From contig NC_058368.1 of assembly GCF_018350175.1 (NCBI RefSeq), forward strand, positions 170,254,001 to 170,318,000: a stretch of 64,000 bases of DNA, in the 5' to 3' direction. Under the pieces are notes generated by a model. It ran no database searches. It was not told the origin of the DNA and saw only the letters and a program-made list of their open reading frames with translations. This document shows positions 39,301 to 52,215 of the stretch, one piece after another; the stretch's first letter is position 1; each line of letters opens with the position of its first letter. The stretch is from Felis catus (lineage: Eukaryota). Made by a program: the position numbers and the translations under genes.

Positions 39301-39941
39301 ACCATGTGAGTCCACTCCCATCCTCTGGAGTAGAGCCTCTCCACCCAGCTGATGAAAGGCCTTTGGCTGACTCCTGCGGGGTCTTTTGTCCTTGGGGAGC
39401 CAATAAGCCCTTTTCCGAAAGTACTCCAGGAAGTGGACTGTTCTCTCCCAGTGCACCCCGAAATTGCCACACCACACTATGCGCTCCAGGGCCAGCTCTC
39501 TCCTCTCTAGGAGCATGGCCCATGGCTCCGCTCCAGACAAAGTTGTGCACTTCCTGAACCTTGGAGTTTCAGCTCCAAAGCCTGTTTGCGAACAAAGAAC
39601 TGGGACACTCCGTGCTTTTCTCTGCCCAGTCCATAGTCCAGAGAGGTTTTCCTCTTGTGCTAACTTGATGCCACACTTTTACAGCCCCTCTCTCTTTCTC
39701 TCTTTTTTGTTTCTCCACAGAAAGGGTTCCTTCTCCTCCATAGCTCTGCCGCTTTATCTCCCCCATTCACATACACACACATAAGTCCTGCCGAGCTGTT
39801 TCCCTCCAACCGTGGAGATCCTTCTGCCACTCCGCAGATTGATTTCCTGGGTGTTCCAAGTGATCTGACCTCAATACAGCTGTGTTTGGGGGACAAGGAA
39901 AATCCAGGTCCCCCTACTTCTCTGCCATGTTAACTCTCCCC
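33244..39941 (-). mobile_element. Full-length, decayed carnivore LINE-1 in intron 7, antisense to SLC25A46
   Basis: Minus-strand 5' end GGGGAGAGTTAACATGGCAGAGAAGTAG (L1 start, YY1-like). ORF1 relic from ATG 38402 (…IHIIGVPEVEQEKG…). ORF2 relic from ATG 37464 (MALNLYLSIITLSVNGL), with endonuclease (YTFFSSAHGTFSRIDH), RT ([12 protein letters not shown]) and C-terminal (WKEPKCPSTDE) fragments. (TAAA)n tail 33244-33310. Many stops and frameshifts. Confidence 0.95.
36983..37217 (+). mobile_element. Felid SINE nested in the endonuclease region of the intron-7 L1
   Basis: Degenerate TSD taaaatcgagtttgtct / taaaatagagtgtct. Confidence 0.92.
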
Positions 39942-41286
39942 AGAAGGTTACCTGTTGAAATGAATGTGGGAGAAAGGTGACATCCAAGGTCCCCTCCAAC
40001 CTCAGTCTTGTTCACTGGATCAACCTAGCACCGATTATAGGACCAGAAGAAGAGCCAAACCCACTCAGTGTCCCTGTGAAAGCTTCTCTTGGTTGGCCAT
40101 AGAGCAGGTGCCAGAAGGCAGGTTGGTGGGGCAGTGGGCAGAAGGAGAGGGCTGATAGCCCTGAGGAAACTTACGACGATGGCCACTGAGCAGGTGCAAG
40201 ACAGTGTCAGGGGGTGGAAGGTAGGGGTATAATGGGGAGGCAGGGGTCCAGTGGTAAGGACAGAGTGTACAGTGAAAAGGAGCCTGGGCAGCAAACGGGG
40301 CCTGGCTGTGCAGTGTATTAATGTACTTCCTACACTTAAAACTATAAGATGAAGATAGTTTTAACTCCAATTAATTGTATACCGCCTATTTTCTGTCTCC
40401 AACACTAGGTCCTCTGGCTTATTTTTTGTCTTCAGTGTGTATGGATTTCCTCTCTATAAAAACCTTACTGGATCAGCCTTTGCTTTTCTAATTACTCTTT
40501 TCCACTTATCCATAAGATGGGAATAGTATTTTAATAACAGTTAAAACAATGAGATGAGTTGTCTATGTAAAGTGCCCAGCTCGCTGTAAGTTAGTTTGGT
40601 TTTTTTACCCAATATCCAGCCCCTGCTTTCCCTTGCTCTGGGTTTCACCTGGAACTCCTTTTGACTCCTTTTGTCTGGTTTTTCTAAAAGTCTATCTTCT
40701 TAGAGTATTTCTCTCTTGAACGTTTTCCTCTTCCTTCAATAACCTCTTTGCCATCTCTTCTCCTGCCTTCCAAGGTGTAACCTTTTTATCCTGTATTCTC
40801 TGCTTTTTATCCTATATTCACTATCTGGTAGAACTCATTTATTCTCATGAATCATTTTAACTCTAATCTCTAGCTGAATTAAATCATCTCCATCTCAAAC
40901 TCATGTAAACAGTCTCATCTTATTACCCTGACAATTAGCTTCTTTTTGAGCCTCTTCTCCTTTTCTGCTAGTGGTACTATTGTTGTCTTTACCCTGAAGA
41001 CTTAAAATTTTAGTTTTAATTTTAAGGAGTCTTGATTTTTATGTTTCTGTCATCCTTTATAACCAATCAGACATACGTCTTTTTCTGACTTTAGCAAGTG
41101 TCTGAGATTTGTCAGTTTCTTCCCACTATGAGGCAACCATTATCCTTTCAATGAATGCCACATCCTCAGATTACTACATTAGCTTCTCTCTTCCTACTCC
41201 GTTCATGTTCAGTGTTTTTTTTCCCCTTCTGGGGACCCAGCTCAGATTTCCGAGAATACTTTTTCCCTTGAAAATATACATTTATT

Positions 41287-41501
41287 GGGGCACCTGGGTG
41301 GCGCAGTCGGTTAAGCGTCCGACTTCAGCCAGGTCACGATCTCACGGTCCGTGAGTTCGAGCCCCGCGTCAGGCTCTGGGCTGATGGCTCAGAGCCTGGA
41401 GCCTGTTTCTGATTCTGTGTCTCCCTCTCTCTCTGCCCCTCCCCCGTTCATGCTCTGTCTCTCTCTGTCCCAAAAATAAATAAACGTTGAAAAAGAAAAA
41501 A
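41287..41501 (+). mobile_element. Young felid SINE (intron 7)
   Basis: TSD GAAAATATACATTTAT. Confidence 0.95.
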
Positions 41502-41617
41502 GAAAATATACATTTATATATAGATCTCCTGTAGAACTTCTCCTGAAGCCCTTAAATATGAACTTAGTAGTGATCTATTGTCTTCATTAAAAATCCCTGA
41601 TCTAGCCGCTGCATCTT

Positions 41618-41841
41618 TTTTTTTTTTAATTTTTTTTTTCAACGTTTATTTATTTTTAGGACAGAAAGAGACAGAGCATGAACGGGGGAGGGGCAGAGAG
41701 AGAGGGAGACACAGAATCGGAAACAGGCTCCAGGCTCTGAGCCATCAGCCCAGAGCCCGACGCGGGGCTCGAACTCACGGACCGCGAGATCGTGACCTGG
41801 CTGAAGTCGGACGCTTAACCGACTGCGCCACCCAGGCGCCC
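41618..41841 (-). mobile_element. Young felid SINE (intron 7)
   Basis: TSD CTAGCCGCTGCATCTT at 41602-41617 and 41842-41857. Confidence 0.95.
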
Positions 41842-42195
41842 CTAGCCGCTGCATCTTAAAGTCATTCTGAACACTCCTGCCATTGTTCTCAAGTTGCAGT
41901 GCTTATACCCTTTTGCTAATTAAAGATCTGTGTTGAATCATCTTTCCTAAGATCAGTTGTAGAAAGGCAGAGACGTTGTAGATGATAATGACTAACATTT
42001 ACTGAGTGCCTCTGGAAGCCAGGCCTTTTTTCCTTTAATATGTCCAGCAATCATGTGCATAAAACCTAGGTAGTACTAATCCCATTTTTATAGAATGGGC
42101 AACTGATTCTTAGGAGAACTAACTTGCCCAAAGTTATATAAGCAGTAGGTAGTGGATGCAGGGTTTAAACCTGTACTTAAGAATTCCAAGCATCA

Positions 42196-42403
42196 GGGGT
42201 GCCTGGGTGGCTCAGTCTGTTAAGTGTTTGACTCTTGGTTTCGGCTCAGGTCATGATCTCACAGTTCATGGGTTCAAGGCCCACATTGAGCTGTACCCTG
42301 ACTGCGCAGAGCCTGCTTGGGATTCTTTCTCTCCCTCTCTCTCTGCCCCTCACAGTCTCTCTCTCAAAATACATAAATAAACATTTTAAAAAAAAAAAAA
42401 AAA
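42196..42403 (+). mobile_element. Felid SINE (intron 7)
   Basis: Degenerate TSD aattccaagcatca / aactccaagcacca. Confidence 0.92.
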
Positions 42404-42726
42404 GCAAAACTCCAAGCACCATACAAACTCTTTAGATGTCCACTAGCTGTTGCTTTTCAAAATGAGTCCTAAGAACTCATTTGAGTTCTTGAGGGTGGGG
42501 GAACCACATGTGTCCTGTCCACATTTCCTCTCCTTTCCCTTCCCAAAAAGAATAGCTCCCAGCTTCACTGCTCTGTTATGGAATTTCATTTGAAAAAAGA
42601 ATCTAATACCTAGGTAACACTTGAAGTTTGCAAGCCATTGGTGTTTTCCCTCTGTGGTCAATAAATTAGGATTTAAGAAGGGACCTAAAACAAATCATTT
42701 CTTGTGGCAAAATAAGCAAGTATTAA

Positions 42727-43335
<609 letters not shown>

Positions 43336-45425
43336 GACCTCAGTTCCTGGTTAGTCTAAAAGACATAATTTGGGTACTTTGTTATGAAATTATGTGGGAT
43401 AAAAGTGAAATACTGGGGGAAAGTGGATTAGAAAGTGAAACTGGAAAAAAAAAAAAAAAAGCCCATGCTGATTATATTGACCCTTCTTTTTTTAAAAGGT
43501 ACAGGTATATATTTGGATGGAAAATATCCCAAATTTGAAAACTCAATGAAAGTAACACTTGTGAATTGAATTCTAGCTAATGTTGCACTCATGCTAAACT
43601 AAAAAGACCCTGGGCAGAAGCAAAAATTTGTCAGCAAACGTAAAACAATATTTCACAGAGCTAAGTTTATTCCATCTGACTTCAATATTTATTAGAAATT
43701 TATTTCACCTTCTAGATTGACATTGGTATGTCATCCTTAATCTAGTGTATAGTATCAGGATAGTTTAGCTTTAAACAAATAAACTGTGTCATCTGTGGTA
43801 AAGATGAGAAGGACTAGATTTGGCAGTGTGTAAGCAGGACTTGAAGAGTTTTAAGTTGCATTGTCCCTGTACAACTTTTTAATGGCTGAATATTTATTAT
43901 ATAAAGCCATTTATGTGCACACATGTAACTCGGAATTTCCTTCATCTCTATAAAGTTTCCACTCTTAGATGAGCTTATTTCATAAAATGAATACTTACTG
44001 CTTGAATATCAGAAGAAAACATTAAAAGACAAGGTACCCAAAAGATGTAAGGCAAACAACCTACTTGTCCATATCCAAACCCAGCGTTTCAATGCCAGCA
44101 ACTGAAACATCCATCATATGTTTATAAAGTTTGATTTGCTTACCTAGATATGTGAATCATCAGTCTGGTTTTAGACCACTCGTAAGATAGAATAGAAAAT
44201 AATCATGACAACTATTACTGTTTGCACATTTACGGATTGTGTACTGAAAGAAATGTTCCTTGCCTTATATTTCTGAATGATTTGTCTTAGAGGAGAGACA
44301 ATTAAAATTCACATGGGAATTTGTGCCTCTTGCCTTTTGTATAGTCATCATTAAATAATGGCTTCAGTTTTTATTTTATTCTAGTTTTTGTTTGTAGTTT
44401 CATTCTCCAAACCAGATCTACATAAAGGGAAAAGCAAGTTTATCCTTATCACCTTTTATTTAAACTTGTTTGGATGAATAACAAAGGAAAAATAAAAACT
44501 TTAAAGGAAGTTTGTCCTTGCTTTTTATGAATGAGGAAAAGAAGTAAATCTCAAAAAATAATAAGCAAAAACATTGTTATCAGTTTGTTAAAAAAAAATC
44601 TTCCTGTTAAATTGAAGTTGGTGGGTGAGGTTCTTGTATAATAAAATAATAAGCATTTGACTGACCCAAACTTAAACATTTTAAAGTTTCATTTCCTCAC
44701 ATGAATGATCACAGTTTTACTACAAACTGTTTAGCACACAAACGCAGTGACTGCACTGGTGTTGTCCAATCTAGAAGGTATACAGACTGAGATTTACTTG
44801 CTAAGTGTCAGCAAAATAGTTACTTTTTGTGATTAATAGTTTTAGAACCAAAAAATGATATCCCCAAAGTGCCAAACAGTATGTAAGTAGCAATTTTCTC
44901 TACAATCTCATGTGGTAGGTGTGTATGTTTTTTTTTTTTTTAAACTATAAGTTTTCCCTTTATAAATTCCACCAAGAGGGGAAAATAAATCACCACTGAT
45001 CACGTGTTGTACTTTGCAGTTAATATTTTGGGTTATGGTTTACTTTGCCTTACCTATGACACCTAAATTATTTCCAATGCTTTGAACTGCTAAATAAATT
45101 TTTAGATGTTTATAAACTGTCCAACTTCCAATCCTTTTTATTGTAATCAAGATGTTTCAAATAAGAGTAAACTTCAGAAAATACCAAGTTTCAGAAAATT
45201 TCTACAAGAACAGAATCTGAATGGAATCAAGTATTAACTAGTGAAAATCCATGAGATCCTTTAGTTAAAAATCAAATATTTCAAGATTATTTGATGGAAG
45301 TATAAAGATTCAGTTATATAAAACTGTCTCATAGAATCATTATAAGACTGATAGACTGAACTTGTGTGTACACAAGGTTGATCTTCTCTTTGGAGAAAGA
45401 ATGCAAATTAAGATTGGAATGTGGT

Positions 45426-45649
45426 GGGGCGCCTGGGTGGTGCAGTCGGTTAAGCCTCCGACTTCAGCCAGGTCACGATCTTGCGGTCCGTGAGTTCGAG
45501 CCCCGCGTCAGGCTCTGGGCTGATGGCTCAGAGCCTGGAGCCTGTTTCCGATTCTGTGTCTCCCTCTCTCTCTGCCCCTCCCCCGTTCATGCTCTGTCTC
45601 TCTCTGTCCCAAAAATAAATAAACGTTGAAAAAAAAAATTAAAAAAAAA
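45426..45649 (+). mobile_element. Young felid SINE in the probable SLC25A46 3'UTR
   Basis: TSD AAGATTGGAATGTGG at 45410-45424 and 45650-45664. Confidence 0.95.
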
Positions 45650-46892
45650 AAGATTGGAATGTGGCAAGTAAAATACTAATTGTTCTTACTGCCAATCCAA
45701 ATTAGTTGCAATATAAAAATTCTTAAAATTCAAGAACTTAAATGCTGTCCAAATATGCTTAAATGACATTAGAAAGGAATATGTGAAATACACATTAGGC
45801 ACACTCTTTCCCTTTTAAAATTTGCTTTCTTTAGCATATAGGTACCAAAGTCAAATATCCATTGGCTACATCTTTTTTAAGATGACAGTAGCTCAGAATA
45901 TTTTAAAATTCAGTATGGTTAATAGTATTATGACTAAGATCCTATTAAAATGTTCCAGAGGCCCAGCGGTCCTCTTACCTAAGCCAGGGTTTGGCCATGG
46001 AGCTCAGATATGATATGCTTGCTTTACTCTGTAGGATTTCTTAATCAGAGTCAAATAGTGTGAAAGTGATTGAGTTAAAAACTGAAAAATCTGATAAATA
46101 CTGAGTATGTTTTGTGAATTTATGAATTGATTTAGTACATTTGCATGTAAATTTCTTTCCCTTGAGCTACCTTTCTCTATTTTATGCACTCTTGAAAAAT
46201 AATCCCTAGGTTTATAAAATTTATTGACGTTTCCAAACTCCCAGCACTAGACGTTATAAATATGAAAGAGTAAAAATCAATCTGATTTCAAAATGGCTGT
46301 GGTTTGGGAGGTTTGGTAATTCAGCCAGTATTTTCAGAAACAAAACTGGAGAGAGAAGTCTCACTTTTGCAAACATGCCTGACTGCTCACAGCTGTCTTT
46401 TCAGCACTGGCCTTGTTACAACTGCACATTCACCTTACTGACTTGGCATGAATGCTTCAATATTTCTGTGTATTCATACATCTGCTTAGAAAATAAAATA
46501 CAGTGCTTTGCTATTTGTTTTTTTCCACTGAGATTGTGGAGGGTATTTGCCTTCAGCTTGCTTATTAGATCTTTTGGAACATAAAAGACTATTTGCCAGC
46601 TCTTGAAAAGATATTCAGGGTTGAATTAATTACGTTCAATAACATGTAAGCAAATAAATCCCCTTGGTAGCGACCACACTGCAATAGAATTTGAGTGATA
46701 TTTTGGCATATCTGCTTTCTCTTCTCTTTAAAGTAGCTGCGCATTTCTCTTGCTCTCTCTAATATAAACTGGATGTATACTGTCTTTCAAGTCATTGAGT
46801 ATCACTAATATGATACCAAGTTGTATAGCAGAGTAACAAAAACTTGTGATTTAACAGTGAATCTTACACAGTATTACCTCAGCTGGACAAGG

Positions 46893-46896
<4 letters not shown>

Positions 46897-46934
<38 letters not shown>
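46897..46934. repeat. (TG)19 microsatellite
   Basis: Read directly. Confidence 0.98.
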
Positions 46935-46937
<3 letters not shown>

Positions 46938-46997
46938 AGGTTGTTTTTGTCTAGTATTTTAAATGTTTTCAGTAAATTGTGTAATATGAAAAGGTTC

Positions 46998-47016
46998 AAT
47001 AAAATGTTGAAATAAA
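46998..47016 (+). terminator. Candidate distal polyadenylation signals
   Basis: AATAAA at 46998-47003 and 47011-47016, upstream TGTA (46979-46982), downstream tatttttctctt. Confidence 0.5.
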
Positions 47017-47354
47017 AACAGTATTTTTCTCTTCCTGGTGCTAGGGAACTACTGAGGCTTCTGGTGAAGGAAAAGTTTTATTTTTGTAGGTAGAAATGAA
47101 GATCAGGAAAAATACATGAAGTTGAACTTTTTTCCCCACCACTTAAAAAGTCTTTCTGATGTAACTGTGATGTGGCTCACGAAACAAGTAACATATTTTC
47201 TAAAATAAAGTTTCAAATGCATTATATCCTGTAAATGTCTTCCACATTCCCATATTTAATCCTTACAACAGCCTTCGGGTATTTTCTGAGAAGTTCTGTT
47301 GAGAGAAGAAATAGATACAGAGAGGTTGTGACCTCTCTAGTGTTAAGTAACTTA

Positions 47355-48090
47355 GGGGAGTGATGACAGCAAGATGGCAAGTATGCAGTTCAAACGTGTC
47401 CCTCCGTAGAAACTTAGGAAAAAAACAACCAGAAACTCAAAACCAACTTTGTCAGAACTCTAGAAAACAAGTTTATAGCAACCAAATGCAGAATCAAGAA
47501 AAAGGCAACTTAATGGTAGGAAAACTTTGTGCTGTTTTTTGCTTGCCTTTGCCCCCACTGCCCTCTCGGTAGCTGTGGGAGCCCCTGTGCCACTGTGGAA
47601 CAGTCTATAGTCCTTGATCCTGGAAGGAATAAAGGAGATGTTATTTGCAAGTTACTGTGTTTATGCATACTGACATCTCTAGGGGCTACCTGAAAAACTA
47701 ATGCAAGGTTCTCATCTTTTTTCCCTAACTGGACCTCCACTCAGGCAAGAAAAATAGTAGGAATCCCTTGAAAACATTTTAAGGTGATCAGGAAAACGTT
47801 AGCCATTTAGGGCAAAGAATTACAGTTGAGACATAACAAAAGACTGTCTATAAAGCCAAGGAGGAAAGGCCAGGGAGAGAGTTGCCTTGGGGTTTTCAAA
47901 AGTCATCATGTATACTAGGGAATTTAGAAAGCCACGCACATGCTCACGACAGGAGGCATGCTCAGAAAAGAACTGAGAAGACCCTCAGATGAACTATAAG
48001 CTCAGTGCAAGCAGGAAGGAAGGATGAGTCAGAGTTGCAAACGGCCTAAGAATTAAAGGGGTACTCTAACACACAGCCAGTCCACAAAGT
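47355..48090 (+). mobile_element. Probable old L1 5'UTR fragment
   Basis: Begins gtgatgacagcaagatggcaa (YY1-type L1 start). The following sequence resembles ancient L1M 5' ends. Confidence 0.4.
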
Positions 48091-49162
48091 AAAGCAACTA
48101 ACTAAAGCCAGAAATTGAACCTAGTCTTGTATCTAGTTCAGTGTCCTACCATAATAGGACCTCTCAAAGTCAGGAATAGATGGTCAAATAATATCTGCTC
48201 TTTAGGAAAAGAACAGTAGTTAACATTTTTGAGCACTACTGAATCAGTAATAAATGTGTTATTTTACAAATTCTCTACAGCAACCTTATAAAGTAGGTCT
48301 AACAGTATCCTCATTTGACAGATGCAAGACTTGCAGCTGGGAGGTTAAGCCAAGATCATACAGATAGGAAGAAGAATAACTAGGATTTGGTCCAGGACTT
48401 GCTCAATTCTTGCACTCCTTGGCTGGTCACGAGGTCAAAGTTGGCCTTGCTTTAAGTAGTGACATCCAGTAGAAGGACTAAAGGACACCAGGGTTCTCAC
48501 GAATTGATGAATCGCTTCTTAGCTTAATCTGTCCTGGGTCCATAATGGAAGAACTCTTTGGGAGATCCAAGTCCACACCATCTCCCTCCCTTCTTAGGCT
48601 GGAAACATCTCCCTTTCTCTTTAGGCTTCCATAGCCTCTTCATTCTTTCTGGTTACTTATGGACTTTCTACCTCGTAGTTTTGTGCAAGCACCTCTTAAA
48701 TCCTCTGTATCTGTATCATAGACATGTTTTCTCCCACTCTCACTACACAAACACATACATAGATATAATAAATTACATGACATAATATATGTTGAATGAA
48801 TAAATGAATCTATAAAACTGTGCACCCAACCTTGTCTGTATATTTTGAAATGTTCCTTTTTAGCCTAGAATTTCAACACTGACAGTGACCTTTGGAAATC
48901 GTCTTAACTAGAACTCTCATGTCACAAAGGTGTAAAATGAGTCCTCTAGATGTTTAGTGATTTTACTAAGTTCATAGAATCACAGAGCTGGAGACATAAT
49001 CCAGGTCTTCGCATTCCTGGTCTAGTCTTTTTCTCCTACATCATCTTCCCCTTCCATTCACCCCCTCTCTCCTTTCTAGCCACACATTATCTACACAAAT
49101 ATACATCCGAAAGTGAGCTCTGTGGCCCTTGATAGACCCTACTTCCAAAAAATACATACACA

Positions 49163-49330
49163 GGGGTGCCTGGGTGGCTCAATAGATTGTCCGACTCTTG
49201 ATTTCGGCTCAGGTCATGGTCTCACACTTGTAAGATAAGCTCAGAGCCTACTTGGGATTCTCTCTCTTTCTCTCAGCCCCTCACCCCCTCACCTGCTCAC
49301 ACATGCATGGCACTCTCTCTCTTTCCTTAT
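49163..49330 (+). mobile_element. Degenerate Can-SINE
   Basis: ggggtgcctgggtggctc...ccgactcttgatttcggctcagg, internally deleted. Confidence 0.8.
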
Positions 49331-50307
49331 AAATTTTGATAGCATAGTATGGGCCATGTTATAAAAGTTTAAAAATGTTTGTGACTTGGTGAAAGTCACC
49401 CAAAGTAGCAGAACCTCTAGCAGGCTAATTACGGACTTTTACTACTATTACCTCCTGAACAGACTTCTTAAGATTCAGAATAAATTCACCACTCCATTCC
49501 ATTCCAGCACCTAGAATATTTCTTGGTACATATGTAAGTACTGAAAAATACTAAAACTATAAACTATATAAAATATAAACTATATGAAACTATAAACTAC
49601 AGAAAATATAAACTATATTTACTATAGGCAAGTAGTTTATTAAGATAATAATCTTACAATGTAGAAGAGGCCCTTTTGATAATCTCAAATTGTCATATCT
49701 AGGAAATGAGTTTAAGACACTTACACCTGCCAGCCTGAGCTCTAGCTCCGAGGCTGGAGTCTATCTACAGATTTATTTTGAGGACTGGCTCAGAGCCTCA
49801 GAACAAACCTAGACTTTTAAGACTACTTAGAAAAATCTCTCAACCTTCAAATCATTCTACTGGAATCTGAAACTGTTTTTAAACAAAAGCACAAAGGGTG
49901 CTAAATATAGCCTATATTTGGCTGTTATGAAATCTTGTTCATCTGATCTAATCTGTTGACAGGGCAAAAGTTTCCATACCTCCCTCCAACACCTAGTGCC
50001 CAGGGAAAATATGTGTTTGAAATGTCAACTTCTTTAAATTACTGATATAATCACAAGATTTCTGCATCCAACAATGGAAACGTGGGGCCCAAGTACATTT
50101 TAATTCTTTAAAAAGGCCTGTGATGTGCTACAACTAGTAAGCAGATGACTTCTTTGGGCTAGCTTTAGTCATTCTGTGAAAAGACAGATCTATGGCCTTG
50201 ATCTTGGAGGAAAGATAAACTTGGCATCATCCAGCTTTGGTTAATAGAAGAGGTCCATTCTCACATTATAAAAAATTTTTAAAAAGAGGGGCCAGGGCAT
50301 AGGGAGG

Positions 50308-50530
50308 GGGGAGCACCTGGATGCCTTGGTCGGTTGAATGTCCGACTTTGACTCAGGTCACCATCTCGTGGTCCTTGAGTTCAAGCCCTGTGACCAGCTC
50401 TATGCTGGCAGCTCAGATCCTGGAGCCAGCTTTGGATTCTGTGTCTCCCAGTCTCTCTACACCCCTCCCCTGCTCATGGTCTATCTCTCTCTCAAAAATA
50501 AATAAACATTAAAAAAAATTTAAATAAAAT
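50308..50530 (+). mobile_element. Felid SINE
   Basis: Head, (CT) region and A-tail. The TSD is displaced (see findings). Confidence 0.9.
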
Positions 50531-50859
50531 AGAAGTCCATTCTCAATTACAAAGTTTGCCCTAACTGCTACTGAAAAATCCATAATATTGACATCATTCC
50601 CAGTCTTTTATAACCGAGGAGGAAAGTAAATAGAAAAATTGCCTGTTATATAACTTTGGATGTAGCATTTTCTTGAATTACACCCTGAAGCTAAATTACA
50701 CTTTTCCCAAGGGTAACAAAAAAACTCTGTTGAGGATAGTTCTGTAAAAATATCTAATCCCACTTAAAATAAAATTGGAATATTTATAGTGACATCTATC
50801 TATGTATAGCAAAAAAGGGCAACATTTGATAATTCTGCTGATCTCTGCTCTTTATTAAA

Positions 50860-51995
50860 ATATGCACCTTCAAAAAATAAGGTAAAAAACAAGCCAAAAC
50901 TGGGAGAAAATATTTGCTAAATATGTATCTAATTAAGGACTCACATTTAAAATACACAAAGAATGCTTAGAACTCAATAAAGACAATAAACAACTCAATT
51001 AAAAATGATTAAAAGTTAAAAAAGTAAAAGTAATTAATAATTGGGCAAAAGATCTGGACAGGTACACAGACATCTCACCAGAAAAGATATATAGATGGCA
51101 AAAAAAAAAACGTATAAAAATATGCTAAACCTCATTTGTCATTAGAGATTGCAAACTAAAACAGTATTTTCTTGTTTATGTAACTATTAGATCTTGTATT
51201 ATCATGTAACTATTAGAAATAACTAATCTCCAAAACACTGACAATACTAAATGCTGACGAGGATGTGAAGCAACATGAACTCTCATTCATTGCTGGTGGG
51301 AATGCAAAATGGTACAGCCACTTTTGAAGGCTATTTGGCAGTTTTCTTACACAAGTAAGCATGGTTGTACCATACCATCATGGAAATCATGCTCTTAGGT
51401 ATTTACCCAACTGAGATGAAACTTAGGTCTACACAAACACCTGCACGCAAATGTTTATAGTGGCTTTATTCATAATTGTCAAAAATTGGAAGCAATGGAA
51501 ATGTCCCTCCATAAGCGAATGGATAACCAAACTGTGATACATCCATACAATGGAATATGATCCAGTGATAAAAAAAAAAAGGTATCAAAGGCTACATACT
51601 TTATGATTGCAAGGATATGACATCCTAGAAAAGGCAAAACTGTAGAGACACTAAATAGATCAGTGCTTTTCAGAGGATCGGGAATGGGGAAGAGAGGAAA
51701 GATAAATAGGTGGGGCACAGGGGATTTTTAGAGCAGTGAAATTATTCTCTATGATACTATAATAGTGGATGCATTACATTACATATTTGTTGAAACCTAT
51801 ACACTGTACAACACAAAAAGTATTTTTAAAGTATGGATTCTAGTTAATAGTAATGCATCAGTAGCAGTTCATTAATTGTAACAAATGTACCACACTAATG
51901 CAAGGAGGGACAGAGGGGAGGGGAAATATATGAGAACTCTTTATACTACTCTACACTACCTGCTCAATTTTTTTTTTAATCTAAAACTGTTGTTT
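50860..51995 (+). mobile_element. Old L1 3' region (L1MB/MC-like)
   Basis: tgggagaaaatatttgc, gctggtgggaatgcaaaatggtacagccac, tggataaccaaactgtg, attgtaacaaatgtaccacact. Confidence 0.8.
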
Positions 51996-52007
51996 AAAAA
52001 AGTCTCT

Positions 52008-52215
52008 TGGGATGCCTGGGTGGCTAGTTGGTTAAGCTTCTGACTTTGGCTCAGGTCATGATCTCACAGTTCGTGAGTTTGAGCCCACATCCGGCTCTGC
52101 GCTGTCAGCACAGATCCTGCTTCAGATCCTTGCTCTCTGCCTCTCCCCAGCTCATGCTGTCTCTCTCTCTCCCTCTCTCTCAAAAATAAACATTAAAAAA
52201 ATAAAAATAAACAAA
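52008..52215 (+). mobile_element. Felid SINE
   Basis: TSD core AGTCTCTT. Confidence 0.9.

Larger units (their letters stand above)
43336..47030 (+). other. SLC25A46: Probable SLC25A46 3'UTR
   Basis: AT-rich, nearly repeat-free sequence after the stop, ending at paired AATAAA hexamers (46998, 47011) followed by a T-rich tract. Several earlier AATAAA exist, so the 3' end is uncertain. Confidence 0.55.

Noticed and set aside
33244..39941. Retrotransposition-competent L1
   Set aside because: ORF1 and ORF2 are broken by many stops and frameshifts and by a SINE insertion.
49550..49626. AAACTAT-rich degenerate repeat
   Set aside because: Ordinary low-complexity slippage tract.
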